Part shown: one piece after another, positions 28,606 to 40,735 of the stretch
How the letters are laid out: the number at the start of each line of letters is the position of its first letter
How positions within the stretch are numbered: position 1 is the stretch's first letter
Assembly (NCBI GenBank): GCA_964035545.1
Contig: OZ037765.1
Span: 32,425,504 to 32,489,503, forward strand
Source of the DNA: Bugula neritina
Lineage: Eukaryota > Animalia > Bryozoa
Reading direction: 5' to 3'
Length of the DNA: 64,000 nucleotides
Position numbers and translations under genes: made by a program
Notes under the pieces: model-generated
What the model saw: the letters and a program-made list of their open reading frames with translations, nothing else
Databases searched by the model: none
What the model was told of the DNA's origin: nothing

Positions 28606-31600
28606 ATGATTGTGCTGATCTACTGGCTGATGCTGGTGAGACTGAGTGCTGCCACTAGTTCTACTATAACGGCAGCACATTTTAGACAGCAGTATGTAAA
28701 TTCAGAGCAAGACAAACCTAGTGGAATGAAGTTAATATACACTAAATCTCTGAACAGAGTAGTGAGTATATTCATCTAACATTTGGAATTTATGTTATAA
28801 AAAAATGCTTATAGTACGTTGCTCTTAAAAGTAGTTTTGAGAGAAATGCAAATTAACTGCTTTCTATGTTTTAATTTTTGGAAGTAAAAATTAAAAACAA
28901 ATTAAATAGTTACTGCATGGGTATATAAAGGCATTTGAAAGCAAGTCTAAAATGTTTGTCAGCAACAAGTTGTATTTTTGCATATTTATGTATGCAACTT
29001 ATTTTATTGTTGAAAAGTTTAAAATTTATTTCTTTTACATAAATTGTATAAGTTTTGATAAATTACAAAGGCCACATAATTATTCCACAACAAGGAAAGT
29101 TTAGAAGCATTCTGCTTAGCTGTTAATAATTATACAATAACTTATTGCAGTTTTATTTCCCTGCAATAAAAAAAAATCCCTAAGTTGGGTGAATAAGTAA
29201 TCAAAATTTCTTAGCTTTTTATAAATATGGTGCATTTCTTCTCTAATTAAAATTGTTGCCACTGACCAGTACAACTGCACTGGAACTGGTGAAATATGTG
29301 AGAAAATCTAAATAACATTACGATTTCGAATTATGAGCTAAAGAATTATATCTAGTCATCAAAACTAAAAGAAATATATGTTTAAACATATTCATTATAT
29401 TGCTTAATTGTTTTTAGTGATGTTTTTCTATTACAGTTGTTACTATAACAAACATATGCACTGTTATTTGAAATAATATGGGTATTTCCTAAACCTAAAA
29501 CATAGGTATTTCCGAGACTATGTTAAAATGCTTATGAAATGTTGAGTTATATAGCTTCTAGATCTTATATATAGCGATCAATAATTGGTTTAGGTCTTTA
29601 GGAATATAATTACAGGTTGAATGCGCTGCAGAATGTGTTAATAACAGAGCCTGTCAGGTAGCAGTGTATGACAACTCCAAATGTAGTCTGAATTCAATAA
29701 CTACCGTAGCGTATAAGCTACCAAGCAACATGGGATTGGGTTCCACACACAACTCAAGAAATACAGTACTGCTGTGGAAATGTGAGTAGATTGAACTTGT
29801 TATAAGTGTGGGTAAAAATTTCAAATAATTTTTAAGTTGCTGCTATTTTGACACCTTTGCAAATCAGCTGCAATTTGATATGATCAAGCTGCAACAGAAA
29901 ACTTTTAAAAATCATTACTCTAATTATAGCATTACTTTAACATAGCTTTTTTTGACTAAATATTATATAATTGAGCTTTTTTAAGTTTTTATGAAAATTG
30001 ATTTAGATATGTTTGGTTCAACTATTAAATATCTTTGAGTGAAGACTAGCCAGTTTACAACAACATGCTGTTTAATAATCTACTACAGATCCGAGATGCA
30101 CTGAGTTGGAGGATGCCAGAGTTATACTGAATGTCTTCATAACTGATGGAAGGAAAAATAGTCCTAGTAGTAAGACAGTAGGTAATATAAATGATGACAT
30201 GAGCTGTTACCAGATGTGTTCTACACAGTATGGAGTAAACTGTGAATATGTGAGGTGAGACATCAGCTTATTATAATGACGTAATGGAAAGACCATCACG
30301 TTTAAAAAAAACTCACACAAGTTTATAGTCACTATCCCTGTGAGAAACCCCTGGTGGAAAAGGTTTTTGTTAAAGTACGGGCTAAGGACTTATTTAAATG
30401 AGGCACAGGAACAATTTTGACTGGATGCTCTTCCTAACATCACCTTTGTCCGGGCTCGAACCCATGACCTTCGTGCTTACTAGGCAACCGATCTAACCCC
30501 TATAGGCCCCTAGACAACGGCTGTTGCGATGAAAAAATGGTCATATTTTGCATTGTAGTTCCAAGCACGATATTATAGTATGTTTGCATGTTTAGAGCAA
30601 CATTAGAGACTTTTTTCTATGAGACATGTTCTTGTAAATGGTGTTTAGGTTATGGGCTAAGAGCCGTGACTCTCACCATACTGACAACATGAATTAAGGG
30701 CTAATGCATGTCATGGCACAGGATTAACCAATGACACCTGTACCTGTGTTGTTATGCTATTAATCTGACGACTAAACACCGCTACTTTTTACTTCAAGCA
30801 GAAGTTTATATATACTTTAGCTTAATTATGTGAACAGAACCATTTAATTTTTAAATTCTCATCATAGAGCTTCCTGCAGATGTAATGTATTTACAGTTAC
30901 AATCCAGAAACTAGGACTTGTGTAATAAGTTCAGAGAGCTTCTATTCTACTTGGACAGGAAGTAAAAAGGTTCATGGTGCCGTTTCCTGTTACAGACATC
31001 ATGCAGGTAAAAAAGGATTCTTTACACATGATGATGTCAACTTTGTATCTTCAAACAAAATGTTTTCTTTTAATTTGGTTGTAGTCTAACTTGATGCAAT
31101 CACAAAAGCAATGCGGCTGAAATAATTCGTAAATTTGCAATTTAACTTGCCGATGTCAAGCTTTGCTTTATGCTTGAACATATATATAAAGTATTACATG
31201 CGAAATATTTGTAATGCGATAACATAAGTTCAAAATGATATTTACTCCAATTTTATTGCTCAACTTTAAAATCATCTAAAGCTGCGGCCCAACATAATAG
31301 CAACGTTGAAAATGATTAAGTTTAAGTAACTATCTATTAATAGTTTATGTAAGTGACTAAAAACAACTTATCATATAAGACAAGAGGAAGAAACCTCAGA
31401 GTGCTTTCGGATTGAGTAAGTAGAATTATTTGGATAGATACATCAACTATGTCCACTCCAGTCATGTATATTCATAAAGTAATAGAGAGTCCATTGTAGC
31501 CAATTTCTCTACAAATGCAGAGGTTGCGCAAGTGATGGGTCACATGACATATTATAAAAGCTGAAAATGTAGACTACAGAGCCTCTTACTTGTATAAAAA

Positions 31601-33720
31601 ATGTCAATAAACTCCTACAAGAAACTTTAACTAAAGCATAGTTTACTCTATTTACTATATTATAGGCTATAACTAATGATCCAATATTATTGGATTATAT
31701 AACTAAACGCCCTCAATATATCTGGTTATTGCGGTTTCTGCCAAAGATAAATTTAAAGATTATATCTATAATCATGCAGCCCCAAAAAAGTGGTTTTAGG
31801 GATATGATTACATTCTTTGAAAAATAAATTGTTATGATGAGTATGTACCAATTTAAGTATAAGGTGAGCACTCAATGTGAATAGGGAAAGGTTGAAATTG
31901 TAAACCTTTGCATTATGACAAGACAAAAAGTTACTTTCAAATTGAGAGTTAGAAAACTGATCAAAAACTTCTTTACTAAAATCGCTAATAAGCCAGTTTA
32001 AATTTGTGAACATGTTACCAAACTAACCCAGAGATTTTGACAAGTGCAACTAGAGTAGAAACTGAAATAAGTAGACTAATGCTAGCTTATGTTCACTAGA
32101 GACATGCTGATAAGATTATACATACCATGCATGTTTATGCAGTCCATTGCTTGTTACTGTTCAACAGATGAATGGAAGATAGTCTACAGGAGACCAAAGT
32201 ATACTTCTTCTGGTTACACTAATGAGGTGACTGGGCCATGGTTTGACAACTCCTACTATCATGAGGAAATCTTGACATATGAAAATGTTGCGCCCACTAG
32301 TATCAGTGTGCGTATACTGAAGAGTGAACTGGCGGGGTTGTGGGAACATATGGACATCTTTCAGGTCAGATGCAGATATAAACTATCAGTGTAACTGGTT
32401 AAAAAATCTTATTAAATCAAATTATTCTGACCACTGCACCTGCTTGTATTGGAAAGCGGTTGTTTCCTACCTCCTACAGGTGAGAGTGAGTCTCTATAAA
32501 TCAGGAGCAGAAGTGAAATATTTACTATTTAATGGAGTAAACACAGACATAGAGACGTGGTACACTTTCTCTCTTTTGATTGACTCATCTTGGAGTGACT
32601 TGCACTCCAATTCTACTCAGCCATTGGCTCTAGGATGGTGGTGGGCGCCTATGTATGTAAACTAATTACTTTCTATTATATAGTGTTTATTTATTTACTA
32701 AAAAACTGCAAAAACAAAATTGAAATTGATCAGTGAAACTGGTTCTAACAAAGTTATCTAAGTAGTTATACTGGCAGCAGTGCTTTGATATTTTTTTACA
32801 AATTACTAATAACTTTCACTTAATAAACTGTTTTATTTTGTTAACATTTTTACAAAGCTTTTTTAGCTTTCTAAAAACATACAATACTTTTTCACAATAT
32901 TTTAAAAACTTTTAAAATGTTTCTATTTCATACGGCTAAATTATTGCTTCAGATATTTGCCGAGTACAGCTAGAGGCATGTACGCTGCCAAGAGTCACAA
33001 TGGTTGTGGTGCAGACGTGATTTGGATGAATTTGGTACAGAACAAAGTGGATACTCACTGTGAATATGAAAGCAGTATTGCAGCCTTCCAAATTCCCACG
33101 TTATACTATGCCCCTGGGGACACAGCCTCTGGAGATTCGGAACGTAAGCATAAAATTATTACTTAAACTTTAAAGGCCTGGCTCGTGTGACGGTTTTCGT
33201 GAGTTATCCTCTTGTTATGACCAGCCGCACACTCGTCGCACGAAACACATTTTAAATAGTCCGTGAATGAGTCTTGCACAAGATACAAACAGCAGAAAAT
33301 TGCCAAACAGAGAAACGAGGTAGAGATGAAACCGTTACTGTTGCTCAAATTCTATTAACAAATCAAATGGTGCTTATCATTAATTGTGATTTTTCGTCCA
33401 TCGTCTTTGTTGTATACATCCAACGAAGATGATTTCGTTTAAATTCCCTCAAATTTTTTCGTACGATTGTGTTTACATATCAAATAGACGATTACGTGTA
33501 ATTCTCATGAGCTTGAGGCCAGGCCTTTAAAAAGTGACTATAATTCAGTTTATAGAGCTCATTTAACAGAAAATAGTTAAACAATAAAATATTTAAAACA
33601 TCTAGTTAAACATGTTGTTCATAGTCCACATGCACTGGATAAACATATCACATTGTAAGGGTTGTATACTTTGCAGTGCATGAAGCAGACTGCATGATGA
33701 TATCAGTTTCCTTCCTTTAG
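28606..33720 (+). CDS. Secreted PAN/Apple x2 + unnamed C-terminal domain protein, paralog 3 (400 aa, most divergent)
   Basis: Exons 28606-28761, 29616-29781, 30089-30254, 30897-31006, 32168-32364, 32480-32652, 32953-33143, 33677-33720; signal peptide MIVLIYWLMLVRLSAA; ends HEADCMMISVSFL*. Confidence 0.85.
30310..30525 (-). mobile_element. tRNA-derived SINE copy
   Basis: Homologous to the other copies; small internal deletion. Confidence 0.8.
33174..33526. mobile_element. Non-autonomous TTAA-target MITE (Kolobok-like termini) in intron 7 of paralog 3
   Basis: TTAA|AGGCCTGGC...GCCAGGCCT|TTAA; CpG-rich interior that contrasts with the flanks; absent from paralogs 1 and 2. Confidence 0.65.
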
Positions 33721-34173
33721 TAAACAAGAACACAAGAGTCTGTGTTATAGAACTGTATCAACAACCCACTAACCATTGCTATGAAGATTTACACAAACAT
33801 CATATTGTACAAATTATAAATTTATTCTAAGCTCATGTGATTATAACTTTCAAATATATTCTGTGAAGTGTTAAAACTATCTTGTTTATTATGCTTTTTT
33901 GCAGGTATATGTAATTCTGAAATTTGCTACATTGTTTTTATTATATGTATCTTGTGACTCAGTGATTTTTAAATTATAAAATAAATATGTTGGACTTCAT
34001 AAGATTTAAGTAGGCATTTGCGCCAATCTAAAATACTTTTTCATCAAATAACATTACACAATGGTATACAGTTTAATGCAATTATCAGTTAATTGATGTC
34101 AAATAGAAAATTCCACAAACAGTATAGGTTTTGTAAAGGTTCATGAAAAAGAAAGTAGGCGACTTTAAAAAAC

Positions 34174-34370
34174 TACAGAAATGACATTAAATAAAAACTA
34201 TATACTATAATATAGTATGTAGTTCTTATTTAATGTCATTTTTGTAATAATAATTAAACAAAATAGTTCATACACATATTTACTTAAGTGTTATCATTTC
34301 CATTTGTATTATTATATTATAATAATACAAATGGAAATGATAACACTTAAGTAAATATGTGTATGAACTA
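34174..34370. repeat. Two adjacent long palindromes: 36-bp arms (34174-34246, 3 mismatches) and perfect 53-bp arms (34264-34370)
   Basis: Arms checked by reverse complement; each has a 1-nt spacer in a TATA-N-TATA centre. Confidence 0.9.
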
Positions 34371-36662
34371 CTTTATGTAAACATTATGGATTATGACAGC
34401 ATGTGGATGTCATGAAGCAAAGAACAGCATTATTTCACTGTTGCATCATCTTTGCCTAGTTGTTGCTATTGCTATTTTTATACTGTAAGCTAGCAGCAAA
34501 CCATTACCACAGACTACCCAGCTGCATGCTAATTTTACAACGGAAGCACTACACTGCCAACAAAAATCTCTTTGACACACACCTGCATGGTTTTGCTATG
34601 AGCTATATAATGGTGACTTTATACACCACAATATACACTCAAGAACAGCAAACCTAATAAGTATTATGTTCCAAAACCTTGTGCACAATTTTGAAGTTTG
34701 AACACATTGCTTACAGTATAAAGTTTTTTAGAAAAACTTTTGACTAAAGCTGAAGAATATTTGTAACATTTATGACTTTCAAAATATTTATTATTTGCAA
34801 CCTACAATGTAATATTGAGTTGTGCTCAACATAATATATTTATAATAATATTCTGACCGGCCTCTACTCTCTGGAGTAGCCTATTCTCAAGTCTATCTAT
34901 GACTTATATAACTTATAACGCATCGCCAGGCGATGAGCTAATTTGTATCAGTTGTCTTATCATTGTTACACAATTTTCTACCCAGCATAATAATTATCAC
35001 TGAACTGAAATTATAACTGAAACTATAAAGGTTATAAGTTCAATGACAATTATATTATAATTATACTATAATCTATTATAGAGTTGTCTTTACCACTATG
35101 CTAGGAGTAACGTGACTAGTTAAATTCAGCGTGATCTTTGGTTAAATTTGATAACTTGAATAGCATTTTCACAAATAGTAGGCCAGTCTGGTATCACCAG
35201 ATCCCAACCTTTCACAAGGCGGGTATTTAGATCTTCGGCTAATTATTTCAGTTGTTCTTCAAGTTGTGCACTACATTGTCTTAAACTAAACCTTTGATAA
35301 CTTTTCTTAAAGTTACAGCTCTGCAATACCGTGATCTAGCTTCCTTAAAATGACTATGACCTAAGAATATTATTATCAAATTATTGATGATTTACTAAAT
35401 AATAAGAACATTAACTATAAGCTTTAGTACAACTATGCTCTAACAGTAACTGACTTACTAACTCTAAGAGTAAGAGTAAGTGATTAAATCTATACCCACA
35501 GTCAGTGTTACAGTTACTGTTAGTGTCACTATGCTCAGACTGAGACTATGTCTATACAGTATCAGTATGAGTATACTCATACTGATCTCTATAGTATAAC
35601 TATAACTCTAAGTATAACAATTAACATTAATTATAACATAATGATAATGATAAACTGTATTACTAATAGTATTAGTAACACTATCACAGTATGAGTATCA
35701 GTATGACTATTAGTATTAGTATTAGTATTAGTATAACTATAACATTAACTATAAGTATAGCCTATAAGTATAAGTACTAATAAACTAAAAATTGAACTGT
35801 AAACTTATACTTAAAGGCAGGTATAGCCGTATAGGTTACTCAGGTTAAGTTAGTGAAACTCATTGATATTGATAATGAACTTGAAGGTCAAATTCAATGG
35901 TCGACTGTTTTTTTAAAGCAAAGTCAAAATAAAACAACTACAAGTGAAAAGCTAAAAGTAAAAGTAACTGTAAGACTACTAAGAGAAAAATCAAAGTAAA
36001 ATAAAATTGAAAAACTTGAAAAAATTATATTGAAAATTTATTTTAATTCAGTGCTGTGTCACTGTGACTGTCAGTGTCTGCTACTATTCACTATCACTAT
36101 GACTTTGATTGATGATATAGCTATAAGACTAACTGTAAGTCTATTTCTGTGAGATTGAATATGATATTGATAGTGAATATTTATATGAAATGAGAAGTGA
36201 TGTAGTTATAATATTAATTATTATTAAATTTTAATTATATTTATCAACTTTGAAACTGATGCGATAACTCAATATTAATAAAATTATTATATAAACACTA
36301 AATCTAAGCATTACTCACAGGACAGTATTTTTAGATAATGTTACCGTTGTCCCTGTGCCAGCGCATGGCATTTACCATAACTTCAAGTATATTCGTTAAT
36401 CATGGTATAAGTTAGAGTTAGAGTAATAAATATATTACTATTGGTGTTAGTATTATATTAAATATTAGTACAACTGCAAGAACATATGCGTAAAAATCGA
36501 CCATCATAAACCTCTGAAAGTACAGTTTTCAATTGTCTTAAAACTTTTATTTATAATTTAAATTGTTATACTTATTGTATTTTATCTAATATTTTTTCAT
36601 GTATTTTAATGATCGTTTAATACCATTTTGCTAAAAAAATTTTTCTTAATCAGCCATTAAAT

Positions 36663-39600
36663 ATGGACGAGGTTTTGGACACTTACGAAGTTGCAGGCAC
36701 GTCTGCTTCTCAAGAAGTGGCAGAGGAAGGCACTCTCGTGTTTCTAAAAAGTGAACAGGTAATATATTTCTTGAAAATAGTATCAGAAAGTGAGCATCAC
36801 TTGAGCAGTTAGGTGTTGTATTGCAGAAATTTTAATAGCCTAAGTTTTTAGTTTTTCTCATCAATTTGGGTTTGGGACACTGGTTGAAATTCTCGAAATA
36901 GCATAGGCCTACTGTTTTTGCTACGCTGTTATCCAGATCACTAGCTTTTCTCAATCTTTTCGTTGCTGCACCTACATTGACTTGAGTTGGCAATGACATA
37001 GGTTTGGTCACTTTTCTCCATTTCCGTGTCGTTTTTATTTACTACTGTCCTTCTATGTTGTGTTCATTACAACTGCGATCGCAGCTTCATTGATCTGTAT
37101 TAAATAGTAGATGAATTTTGCAACTTTAACTTTGAACTAATAGGTGCAGTTATATACCAAAGAATAAAGCCAGTATACCTTAGAGTTTAGAGATAGGCTC
37201 TCCCAAGTTCCATAGTTTATATGTAGTTCTCCAAAAATGTTGAATATTTGTCTTTGCTTAGTTTGTTGTATGTATAGGTACTTTTAACTTTCTTATTGTA
37301 ATGAAGCTTATAGTATCTTTCCGATTGCTGTCTGAGTGGGCAGTCTAGCGCTGCTCATTGTGTTATTTTGTAATATTTTCAGGACACAGACAATGATATA
37401 TGGGACGACACTGCATTAATCAAAGCCTATGATAAAGCTATAAAACAGGTTATGTGATACACATACTGTATCAAAGTGTAATATTATACTGTCACATATC
37501 ATGACATAGTTCTTATATATTCACTGGAGAAGTTAGTTATTTGCTCTAGAGCAGATAGTTGAAGAAGCTGATAGTGTAAATATTAAAGGACACTTCTTTT
37601 ACTGAAAACTGAATTATTGTATAGTAACACGTAACTATAGTAACTACTAACTCGTATAACCTCACTGTGAGCAGTAACTTATTGTTCATTTTACTACCTT
37701 ACTCTTTACTAACACCTACTCTTTACTAACTTACTATTTACTAACACCTACTCTTTACTAACTTACTATTTACTAACACCTACTCTTTACTAACACCTAC
37801 TCTTTACTAACACCTACTCTTTACTAACTTACTCTTTACTAATTTACTCTTTACTAATTTACTATTTACTAACACCTACTCTTTACTAACTTACTCTTTA
37901 CTAACACCTACTCTTTACTAACTTACTCTTTACTAACTTACTCTTTACTAACACCTACTCTTTACTAAGAGCTGCTGTTAAGTTACTTGCTGCTCCGTTT
38001 TCAGGCCCAGCAAGCTAATGCCGAACTTCAGCAACCAAAGTCTAAAAAGAAGAAAGGAAAGAAAAAAGGCAAGAAGAAAGAAGGTGGATGGAAGGTAAAT
38101 CAAATTAAAATCTGGTGCTGTTTCTACGGCATCTTATCAGAGTATAACAAGTTTTTATTTAAGTGCCGTATTATTGTGACTGAGAGTACACAGCATAGTC
38201 TGCTTTTTTATTTGGAAAAGCGCTTTGAAATTACTACTGGGATGAATTCTCATACTCTTTAGTTTGATGTAATAAAGAAGTGATTTTAGCACTCTCTTAT
38301 ACTGAAGGGAGAATCTTGCTATGGATAGTCAGTGGCTCATATGGCATATAAATAATTATGGTTAAAATATGGCATTGGTTCTAGTTGCAGTTATTTATAT
38401 AGCTGACTATATGCATCACCCGTCACACCCTATATATTTGAACAGTGGAACACTGGCAATGAGTGCCAGGCTGTGTACTCAGAAGATGGTCTCATATACG
38501 ACGCAGTAATAACCCGAATGTTACCCAACAGTCGGTGCATTGTCCTGTATACCGACTATGGTAATGAGGAAGAGCAACTCCTGAAAGACCTAATCAGACC
38601 TCAAAGTGTATCACATCAGGTAGGTTACTGGTCAGCAGTTGTGCACTCCATGGCATCTAGTTTTGGATTTCATGTCTGATTATTATATTGTGTAACTGTC
38701 AACTTTTAGAGCAGTAAAAACTTGCTTTGCTAACTTAGATGTTTGATATGTGAATCTAAATGCCACATATTTCCTAAAAGGTGATCGAGTTAACTTAGTT
38801 ATGAGGGAGCAATTGGTTCGACAGCTCATTCATTATGGGAAAATAACTTCTATTTATTCAGTTATGGAATAAAAAGTGATTTAAAATTGTGATATTGCAA
38901 ATACTTCATTAATACAGCAGGGTTTAGTGTTGCGTTAACTCAGCAGCCCCTGTGGTGTAATGGTTTAGCGCGCCTGCTTGCAAGCGGAGGTCTGTGGTTC
39001 GAATCCCAGTAGAGCAATTATTTTACGAAGGTTACAAATATTTGTTAAATAAGAATATAGCATCTGCATGATTAAATCATATAAAACTGTTGAATTTAAA
39101 AGGAGGATAATGTATAAATTAACAGGTAAGATATTTTAGAAATACTCAATGTTGGCATATAAAAACTGAAACATCTAAACCATTACAGATAATTCAGGTC
39201 TGATGCAAATTCTTTTGTAGAAGGCTGAAAGTGTGGCATCTATGTCATCCATACGATCACAGACGTGCAGTGAATGTTCCACATCAACAAACCCTGCAAA
39301 CAATTACATGTCTCCCAGATTTGCCTCCCCTGAAGCACAGTCTAAATCAGCACCACGTTCAACCGTATGTGTATTTAATAATTACGATAGCCTTAGTTGG
39401 GTGTATTACTTGGTTGTTGTGATCAACATTTGTGTAGAGAATGTTATTTCATGATTACACAATAGAGTATAGTTTAATTATTTTAGCTATTCATTAAATG
39501 AAGAAATTCTGCCCACAAACACTAAAGGCTCTGGGTACCTAAAATTATTCATATTAGTCTAAAAACCTGAGGCTTGGTGAATTTAACTCGCAAGACTCTT

Positions 39601-40477
39601 CATGCATCATATAATATAATAATTTTGCTTTTAATAAATATAAGAAAATGTCTCTTTTACTTGTAAACCAAGCATTCAAACCCTGCTATTATATAATTTA
39701 TATTGTATATCTATGATAGCTTTGTAATGATAAAACTATTAGTGCTAGATCACTAAAGGTATTTATCTCAAGACTTCAACTGTGGATATTTAGCTATTAT
39801 ACTGAGGCAGTACGTTGCAGTGCTATTCCCAACTCAATTCCACAACAGTTTTTGTGTGATTTACTGAACATGTGATACTAAGTATGTGTGAAAATAGCTA
39901 TTGCTGTGGTTTGTGTAAAATCTATACAGTGTATACTGCATGGTTGGTAATAAAATTGAAGTATTGTCATAAGTCAATATAATAGACATACTATTATCAT
40001 TTAGCATAATTTATAGTTAGATTAAATAAAAATTTAAGATAACATTAATGTAATATGTGATAAGTTAGGGATACTTTAATGTTAGTATTCAACCAATATG
40101 CAACTGTTTTACTATGTACTTGGTATGCATTTCAGTGCTTCTTCCCAATTAATGTGTTATTCTGTATTTTAGGGCTGGCCATCATTTATACCTCCTCCCC
40201 CACCTAGCATACCTGACATGTCTTCATGTGACAGCGACGAGGCTTTTCACACCATGCTTATTTCTTGGTATATGTCAGGATTCCACACTGGATACTATCA
40301 AGTGAGCCAACAATACATAAAAGATTGGTTGCAAGATAGAGGCAGTGTTAACACTGCTATAGGCTTGTTTATGAAATTATCAAAATTTTCTCTTTGCATT
40401 GGTATACCTGCTAAATTTCTAATATTAATAGCGTTTGGTTTTTCTTATAGGGTCTAAGAGATGGAAAGAAGTCTTGA
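36663..40477 (+). CDS. SMN: Survival motor neuron protein (~241 aa, 7 exons)
   Basis: Exons 36663-36758, 37383-37448, 38005-38094, 38446-38619, 39221-39364, 40173-40301, 40451-40477. Gemin2-binding motif DIWDDTALIKAYDKA, Lys-rich tract, Tudor domain (AVYSEDGLIY...YTDYGNEEE), poly-Pro, YG box MLISWYMSGFHTGYYQG. Confidence 0.95.
37697..37968. repeat. 15/17-bp minisatellite (tactctttactaac[ac]) in SMN intron 2
   Basis: Many tandem units ending about 35 nt before the exon 3 acceptor. Confidence 0.9.
38946..39016 (+). pseudogene. tRNA-like sequence (pseudogene or SINE head) in SMN intron 4
   Basis: A box TGGTGTAATGG and B box GGTTCGAATCC with tRNA spacing, T4 run just downstream; acceptor and anticodon stems pair poorly. 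Confidence 0.6.
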
Positions 40478-40735
40478 CAAAAAGCATACCCTCATTTCTG
40501 GTAGGATTAGTACAATTCATGCATTTGTTTGGACAAAGCTCTTTGAAAATTTGTTATTTGTTTATTTTGTAAAATTAAAAGATGATAAATAAAGTACAAG
40601 TTTGTTTTTGTATAGCAAAATCTAACACACTTGTTGTCTGTTCAATTGGAAAATATATTTGCACAAGTAGCTGTTTTGAGAATAAGCAACTTATAGCATG
40701 ATAAGTAAATGCAATGTAGAGTTTTTATGTGGTCA

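Noticed and set aside
38946-39016. Functional tRNA gene
   Set aside because: Acceptor stem has several mismatches and no canonical 7-nt anticodon loop forms.
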